Shown here piece by piece: positions 56,062-64,000 of a stretch of 64,000 bases of DNA. The notes under the pieces are model-generated. The model was not told the DNA's origin. It searched no databases and saw only the letters and a program-made list of their open reading frames with translations. The position numbers and the translations under genes are program-made. The stretch is from Rebecca billardiae RCC1528 (Eukaryota > Protista > Haptophyta): positions 1 to 64,000 of the forward strand of contig OZ251224.1 of assembly GCA_965240325.2 (NCBI GenBank), given 5' to 3'. Position 1 is the first letter of the stretch; each line of letters starts with the position of its first letter.

Positions 56062-57970
56062 TCAGCGCCTCGTGCCGCCGGCCGACGAGCGCGCGTCGCG
56101 CTTGCCGCCCTGCTCGGCGCCGCGGTCGCCCTCGAGCCTGCCGCCCTCCGCGTCGCGCGCGAGCACGGCGCTGTGCATGGCGAGCAGGAACTGCGCGTGC
56201 GCGACGCGGCCCTCTCCTCCCGCCTCGGCGTGCGCGAGCAGCGGCAGCCGGCGCAGCGAGCGGCCGCTCCAGCCCGCCGTGGCCTGCGCGAGCATGTACA
56301 GCATGAGCGAGAGCCTGAACGCCGCCTGCTCCGCCTCGGTGCTCGACGTGTCCATCGGCGCGCCGCCGCAGCCGGGCGCGTGCGCCGAGGCGGACGCCGC
56401 GCGCGAGGGCGCGGTGAGGCGCTGGATGCCCTGCAGGTCCAGCCCGCCCGCGGGCACGAGCGCGTTCACCTCGTCGTACGCCGCGGCGGAGGCGTGCTCG
56501 GAGAGCACGCCCGCGCGGCCCAGCTCGTCGAGGCAGGTGGAGAGTATTTGGTACCTGCGCGGCGCCGCCGCGGCGGCGGCGGCGGCGGCGGGCGCGCCGC
56601 GTGAGCCAGCAGCCGAGCGCGCGCGCGCGCGCGCGCGCGCGGCGTGGCGGTGCGCGGCGGTGCGCGGCGGTGCGCGGCGCGCTCGCGCACCGCGCGCGCT
56701 GGTCTGGCAGCCCGATGTACAGCGTGAGGTCCGCGCGGTCGGCGAACGCCGCGTCGAGCGCCTGCGTGATGTTGGACGTGGCGAGCACGAGCACGTTGGG
56801 GCAGTTCTTCAGCGAGTCGAGCTGCGTGAGCACCGCGTTCACCACGCGCACCGCGTCGGACGGCTCGGTGCCGTTGAGCGCGGCCGCGCGCGAGGCGGCG
56901 AGGGACTCGACCTCGTCGACGAGCACCGCGACGAACGACTGCTTGTCGTCCACGAGCTCGCGCACCTGCGCCGCGCGCCCGCGCGCGCCCACGCCCGCGC
57001 GGCTGCTCAGAGCGCGCGCGCCACCGCGCCAGCCGTCCGGCCGCGCCTCCCTCACGCGCGCGGCAGCGCGGCGGCAGCGCGGCAGCGCGTGTGCGCGCGT
57101 GTGCGCGCGTGTGCGCGCGCACCTTGGCAAAGACGGCGCCGACGAGCTTGCCCGACTCGGAGAACCACTTGGAGAAGAGCGAGTGCGCGTTGAGCTCGAT
57201 CAGGTGCCCCGACGGGAACTGCTCGCTCGTGCGGCACGTCAGCTTGTGCGCCAGCGCGCGGCACAGCGACGTCTTGCCCGTGCCGGGCGGGCCGTGCAGC
57301 AGCAGCAGCCGGTGGCACGAGACCAGGTTCGGGTCGACGGACATGGAGGCGAAGGCGAGCGCGGAGCGCGCGTACGAGAGCAGGCGCGTCTTGACGGACG
57401 TCTCGAACAGCAGGCTCTCCTGCGCGCCCGCGGCGCGCGGGTCGCGAGGGCGTGCGCGCGCGCGCGCGCTGTGAGCGCAGCGCGCGCCACAGATCGCGCC
57501 GCGCCGCGCCGCGCCGCCGCGTGCGCGCGCGCGCGCGCGCGGCGCGGCTGGCGCACCCAGTGCCCGTCGAGCGCGAGCGCGGGGAGCGTGGTCTGCTGCC
57601 ACGCGACGCTGTCCTCCTCCGACGCGCCCATCCCGTCCGTGTACTCCTCGGTGACCTCGTCGTCGTACAGCGCATGCACAAACACGCGCACCGAGGAGCC
57701 CTCGCCCGACGACTCCGAGGCGGAGGCGGACATGCGCGGCTTGCGCGAGGCGGAGGCCGCGGCGTTGAGGTTCCACGGCTCCGCGCCGCCGCGCACCGTC
57801 GCGCGCGCCACGTGCACCGCGCTCGCGAGCAGCGGGTCCTTGTGATAGTCAAAGTGCGGCGTCGAGCCCATCTGCGCGTGCTTCAGGATGGCGCTGGCGC
57901 GGGCGGCGACGTCGCGCAGCTGCGCGGGCGTGTTGGGCTTGAGCCCGATCTCCCACTCGATGTCCGGCAT
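56062..57970 (-). CDS. PCH2: PCH2/TRIP13 AAA+ ATPase (exons 57970-57557, 57419-57123, 56965-56691, 56554-56062)
   Basis: [59 protein letters not shown]. Confidence 0.95.
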
Positions 57971-58235
57971 GCTGCTCGCGCCGTGCGGGGCGTCGTCCCG
58001 CGCCGTCCGCGACCGCTCGCGCGTGCGCCGCTTGCCCGCTCGCCGCCGCGCGCCCTCTCTTTGCGCGCTCTGTGCGTTGGCAGAGTGGCAACGACCGACG
58101 CCGGCGCACGATGGCGGCCAGTGCGCCTATTATTACGCACGACTCTCGTGGTCACGCGCGCGGCTGCAGAGGCACTGAACACGCGCAGTCGAGCACGCGC
58201 GCGTGGCCGTCCCTTGCGCGCGCGCTCGGCCGACG

Positions 58236-59797
58236 ATGGCGAAAGGCTCCGCGGCGCCAAGCGACGGCGGCGGCGAGATGGCGCTGCTGCTGCCGCGCGA
58301 CTTCTGCGACAAGCAGCCCGCGCGGTGGAAGAAGGACGCCACCCGCCGCGGCGCGACGCGCGCGATCGCCAAGCTCGAGCGCGCGCACCAGTCCAAGGTG
58401 GCGGCCACGCTGCGCGAGCTGGCGAACGCGCCGCTGCTCGCGCGCGACCGCGAGGCGCGCGGGCGCAGGGCGGCCGATCGCGCGCGAGAGAGCGCCGCCG
58501 ACGCGCCGCACGCGCCCGCCGCTCGCAGCGAGGGCCGGCCGATCCCGGCCGCGTCGGCGCGCGTGCGCGCCGGGCGCAGCTTCTGGGCGGCCGAGCTGCG
58601 CCTCAACGCGCCGCTGGTGCTGCGGCTGCCGGAGGACGCGACGCTGCGGCTGACGGGCGCGGTGCTGCTGCCGCCCGCGCCCGCGCCGGCCGGCGAGTGC
58701 CCCGCCGTCGTGCTCCGCTGCCGCACGCCCGACCAGCCCGCGCCGGTCGCGCTCTGCCGGCTGGCGGCCGAGCCGGGCGGCGCCGCCGAGGGCGCGGCGG
58801 CGGGCGCGGAGACGGAGTGCGCGGCGATGGACGTGGAGTTCACGGGGGACGGCGACCGGCGTCTCGCGCTCGCCATCGAGCCCGCCGCCGCCACGGAGCA
58901 CGCCGCGGCCGCCGAGGCGGCCGCGCAGCTGCTGGCGGGCGCGCGCGCGCACGTGAGCGGCGTGCTCACGCGCGGCGCGCGCTGCCAGCTGCCGCGCGCG
59001 CCCCGCGCGGCGGCGCGCGGCCAGCCCGCGCCCGCCGAGGCCTCGGCGGAGCAGCGGCGCGGGCGGCAGCAGCCGCCGCTCGCCGCCGCCGGCGCCGCCG
59101 CGCCCGACAGAGCTCCCGCGCCCGACGCCGACGCCGCCGCCGCGGCCGGCGGCAAGCTGCGCACCGCGCCGCGCGCGCCGCAGCCGTCCGCGGCCGGCGG
59201 CTCGGGCGGCTCCGTGCTTCAGCTCGACGACGGGCTCAAGCTGGTGGACAACCGCGTGGGGCCCGCGGCGAGCAGGCGCGTGCGCGCGGGGGACAAGCTC
59301 ACCGTGCGCTTCCAGGGGCTCGTCTGCGTGCCGCGCGCGCCCCGCGCGCGCAGCAAGGCCGGTGGTGGCGCGCAGCAGCAGGAGAGCGCGGGCGACTGGA
59401 TGGTGCGCGCCACTGCGCGCCACTGCGCGCCGCTGCGCGCCGCTGCGCGCCGCTGCGCCCCGCGCGGCCGCGCGCGCGCACGGTCGCGCACGTGCGCGCC
59501 GACGCGTTCGCGCGCGCGGCGCCGTCTCACGCGAGGGCGGCGCGCGGCGCGGGGCTGGGGCGCACGCAGGAGTTCGACCGCGGCACGCTCAGCTTCGCGC
59601 TCGGCGCGGGCGAGGTGGTGAAGGGCTGGGACCGCGGGCTGGTCGGCATGCGCGTGGGCGGGCGGCGCACGCTGATCGTGCCGCCCGCCCTCGGGTACGG
59701 CTCGCGCGGCGCGCCGCCCCGCAGCCCGGCGGGCGGCGTGGGCATCCCGCCGTATGCGACGCTCGTGTTCCGCTGCGAGCTGCTCAACGCGCAGTGA
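58236..59797 (+). CDS. FKBP-type PPIase with probable N-terminal nucleoplasmin-like domain (intron 59403-59569)
   Basis: FALGAGEVVKGWDRGLVGMRVGGRRTLIVPPALGYG...IPPYATLVF; N-terminal SFWAAEL...VALCRL...HVSG. Confidence 0.87.
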
Positions 59798-60568
59798 GCC
59801 GCGTCGAGTACACGTGCGCGCGTGCGCCGCGCGCGGCCTGCAGCCTGCCGACCGCTGTCCGGCGCGGTGTTGTAGTCAATCGACAGCTATATATAGCTCA
59901 TCAATAATCGTCATGATCCGATCAGCCCCGCTGCACAGTGAGTCAGCCCAGCAGCGGCGCGCGCACAGACTGCGGCTCTTACTGAACAGTCTACTGTCTA
60001 GTAGTAGTATGCCTGAGCCACGAACTGTCTGTCGAACTGAGAGTCTGTCTGAGAGGCGGCAGTCTCAGACTGAGTCTGAAGTCTGAGTCAGTCGTGAGCA
60101 GTATGAGTAGCGCAGTCATAGTATATATATATATACTATTATTAATAACATACTGTACTAATATATATATATATATCTCTTATTATAATCCGATTAAAGC
60201 GACGATCATCATCCGGACAGAGTAGACGACGATCAGCCGCAGAAAGTTCAAAGTAGCTAGTCATCATCACTCATCCGACGGTTATTCCGCCCGATTCCGC
60301 GCGAGCGTTCGTCTCCCGCGTCGTCTCCGCGCCCGGCGGGGCCGACAGCCCAGCAGGCTCCGCTCCAACCGGGCCACGTGCCACGTGGCGACGTGCGGCT
60401 GCGCGTTGGCATACTGGCATATGCATCGCCAGCAGGTGTAGTCGGACGAGACGGGGGCGCCCCCGGGCGTGCGTCTCAGGGCTCTCACTCAGGCCGCGCG
60501 GAGCAGCAGCCCACGGCGGCGTGACGCGGCCGCCGCCCGCTCTCGCCCTCCTCTGAGCGACAGAGCTC

Positions 60569-62564
60569 TCAGCGGCCGCCCCCGCCGATCTCCTGCTGCA
60601 GCTTGTCCACCTTCTCCTTGAGCGCGCTGGCGGAGGCTTCGGCCAACCTGGCCGCCGTCACCTTGAGCTTGTCGGGCAACGACTTGGCCTCCGCCTTGGC
60701 CGCCTCGAGCTTGCGCTGCGCCGCGCTCTTCACCTTTGTGGGCGTGGCCTTGACCTCGCTCACCACCTGCGCCGACCACCGACCACCAACCAGCAGCGCG
60801 CGGCAGCGCAGCAGCGCACGCGCGGAACGCGGCGGCGCGTGAGCCGCGGCGCGGCGAAGCCGGCGGGGGCGCGGCCGGCGGGCGCGCGGCCGGGCGCGCG
60901 GCCGGGCGCGCGCGCGCGCACGCTGTCGACGGTGCTGACGACCGCCTCCTTGGTGGACGCGGCTACCCTGCCGGGGACGGCCTTGGCCTCCTCGACCGCG
61001 CCGCTGACCGCGCGCTGCGCGGACGCGGCCGCGCGGCCCGGCGTCGCCTTCACCTCCTCGACCACGCCGCCCACCGCCGCCTTGGCGCCCTCCGCCACCT
61101 TGGCGGGCGCGGCCTTCACCGAGTCCACCACCTGCTTCTGCGTGCTCGACACCGTGTACGCCGCCTCCGCCTTGGCCAGCTCGGCATACGCCACGCTCAC
61201 GTTCGCCACGCCGCCGCCCACCGTGCGCGCGAGCTCGCCCGCCTGTGCGCGGCGCGGCGCGGCGCGGCGCGGCGCGCGGGACCCGTCAGCGCGCGCGCGC
61301 GCCGCGGGGCGCGCGGCTCCGCGGCGGTGCGCCGCGTGCGCGTGCTTCTGCGCGCGCGTGTGCGCGCGCGTGTGCGCGCGCGTGTGCGCACCTCATCCGG
61401 CCTGGTGGCGGCGTACAGGCTGAACGCGCCCAGGGTGAGCGCGCCCACCGCCGCCGCGTCCGCGAGCGCCTCGCCCGAGATGGTGGCGCCGCCGGTCACC
61501 ACCGCCGCATCGGCCAGGATGCCGCCCGCCACCGCGCCCGCCGCGCCCGCGCCGAGCAGCTCGCCCGCGCCAAACCCAGGGCCGCCAACCTGCGCGGCCG
61601 CGGCCGCGCCCTCGGGCGGCGGCGCGGAGACGGCCGGCTCGGCGCCGGGCGGCGGCGGCGCCGGGAGCGTCACCTGCGGCGGGGCCGGCGGCGGCGCGAT
61701 GGACACCGGCGGCGGCGGCGCCGACGCCGGCTTGGCCTCGGCGCCGCGGCCGAATGCGCTCAGCAGGCCGCCGCCGCCGCCCGCCCCGGCCGACACCGGC
61801 GCGCGCTTGGGCGGCGGCGGCGGCGGCGGCGCGGTCGACACCGGCGGCGGCGGCGCGCGCTTGGGCTCGGCCGCGCCGCGTCCGAGCGCGCCAAACAGCC
61901 CGCCGCCGCTCGTGCCCGCCGCCTGCGTGGGCGGCGGCGGCGGCGGCTTCGGGGCAGCAGCCGTGGCGCCCATCTTGGGCAGGCTGACCTTCGGGGCAGC
62001 GGACGGCGCGGAGCCCACCGCCGCGCCGAGCGAGCTGAACAGCCCCGACCCGCCGGCGCTCGGCTTGGGCGCGGGCTTGGGCGCGGGCTTGGGCGCGGGC
62101 GTGGGCGCGGGCTTGGGCGCCGCCGCCTTGGCGCCGCCGCCGAACAGCCCGCCGAGCCCGCCGCCCGACTTGGCGGCCGGCTTGGGCGCGGGCTTGGGCT
62201 TGGGCGCGGCGGCCGGCTTCGGCGCGGGCTTGGGCGCCGGCGCGGCGACCTTGGGCTTGGCGCCGCCGCCGAAGAGCCCACCGGCGGGCTTGGCGGGCGC
62301 CACCGGCTTGGCCGCGGCCGGCTTGCGCGCGCGTGCCGGCGGCGACGGCGGCGGCGCCTTGCGCGGCGGCGGCATCGGTGCGGAGATGACGCGCTTGACG
62401 CGCTTCTGGCTCAGCCCGTCGTTGATGGCCATGGAGACGGCCGAGGCGCGCGGCGCGCAGGTGCGGTGCACGGGGGCGAGCCGAGGCCCGAGCGTGTGCG
62501 CGAGCGCGCCGCTCGCGCCCGCGAGCGCGAGCGCGAGCAGCGTGCGCGTGAAGCGCGGAGCCAT
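60569..62564 (-). CDS. Pro/Ala/Lys-rich protein with signal plus transit-like peptide (exons 62564-61392, 61242-60922, 60766-60569)
   Basis: MAPRFTRTLLALALAGASGA leader; PAPK repeats; GLFG-like motifs; hydrophobic segment; two frame-preserving GT-AG introns. Confidence 0.78.
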
Positions 62565-63195
62565 CTCTCGGGGTGTCGCAGCGGCGCGGTCCCGAATCCG
62601 CGGTGCCAGGTGGCTTGCAGCTGCAGCAGCAGAGCTTGGTGCCGCGCGTGCCCAACCTGAAACCAGAATGACCACGCACAATGAATGAAATAGGGACCGT
62701 AATTGCGCGCCAATAGTCGCCGCCGGCTACCCGGGTCTCGTCATCAAGTCTTCCGGGTCTGTTGCCCAACAGCCCGCAGCCAGATCGGGTTCAGGATGGC
62801 GCCTCGGCTGGTGGGCCCGCCCCCTCACCAGCTGACGCGCCGAGCCAGCCGAGCCAGCGTTGCGCGACTGCGGGCATCTATGCGCGCGCTCGCGTGCTGC
62901 CGCCGAGCTGTCGCCTCGGCTGCACCAGCCGGCCCGGCCAGAGCGCGCAGCAGCGCGCAAGCAGGCGGACGCGGCTGCCGGCGCGCGCAAAGTCGCCTCC
63001 ACGCCGGCGTCGCTCGACGCAGGAAGGGTGGGCACGCCGCGGGTCGCGCGCGCACGCCGAAGCGCACCGATGCGGCAGGATCGCGCACGCGCGCACGTGC
63101 GCCCACCGCGCATGACGCCTTGGGCAGCGGCAGCGAGCGCGCCTCACATGCGCCGCGCCGCACGTGGGCAAGAGGGCGCAACGCGCGGTCCGTGA

Positions 63196-64000
<805 letters not shown>

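Noticed and set aside
56062-57970. PCH2 as proof of meiosis
   Set aside because: TRIP13/PCH2 also acts in the mitotic checkpoint and DNA repair

Overview
This is a chromosome end from a very GC-rich eukaryote. About 2 kb of (CCCTAA)n telomere is followed by intron-containing genes and two dense zones of nested transposons (11.5-23 kb and 27-45.5 kb). The TTAGGG telomere, extreme GC content and short GC-dinucleotide introns suggest a Pavlovales-type haptophyte; this is inference only. Genes: subtelomeric Sel1-repeat/MYND protein, two head-to-head MscS-like paralogs, two sulfotransferase-family proteins, a BART-domain protein, a bestrophin-family channel, an EDR1-kinase-LRR protein, a GGCT-like protein, a KDG kinase/KDPG aldolase fusion, PCH2/TRIP13, a nucleoplasmin-like/FKBP protein, a Pro/Ala-rich targeted protein and the 5' end of PABP. 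The top finding is a kinase whose LRRs sit one per 84-nt phase-2 exon between near-identical introns, with all exon differences confined to the exposed LRR positions (a candidate diversifying receptor system). Second is a young Copia element in a (GATA)n tract whose Gag-protease ORF joins IN-RT-RH through an in-phase G_GGA_AAC -1 slippery site. The window also holds a resolvable stack of nested TIR elements, including 7-bp-TSD foldbacks and one carrying an XPG-like nuclease relic, and a dispersed 46-bp micro-element. All coordinates and alignments were read by eye; no searches were run.
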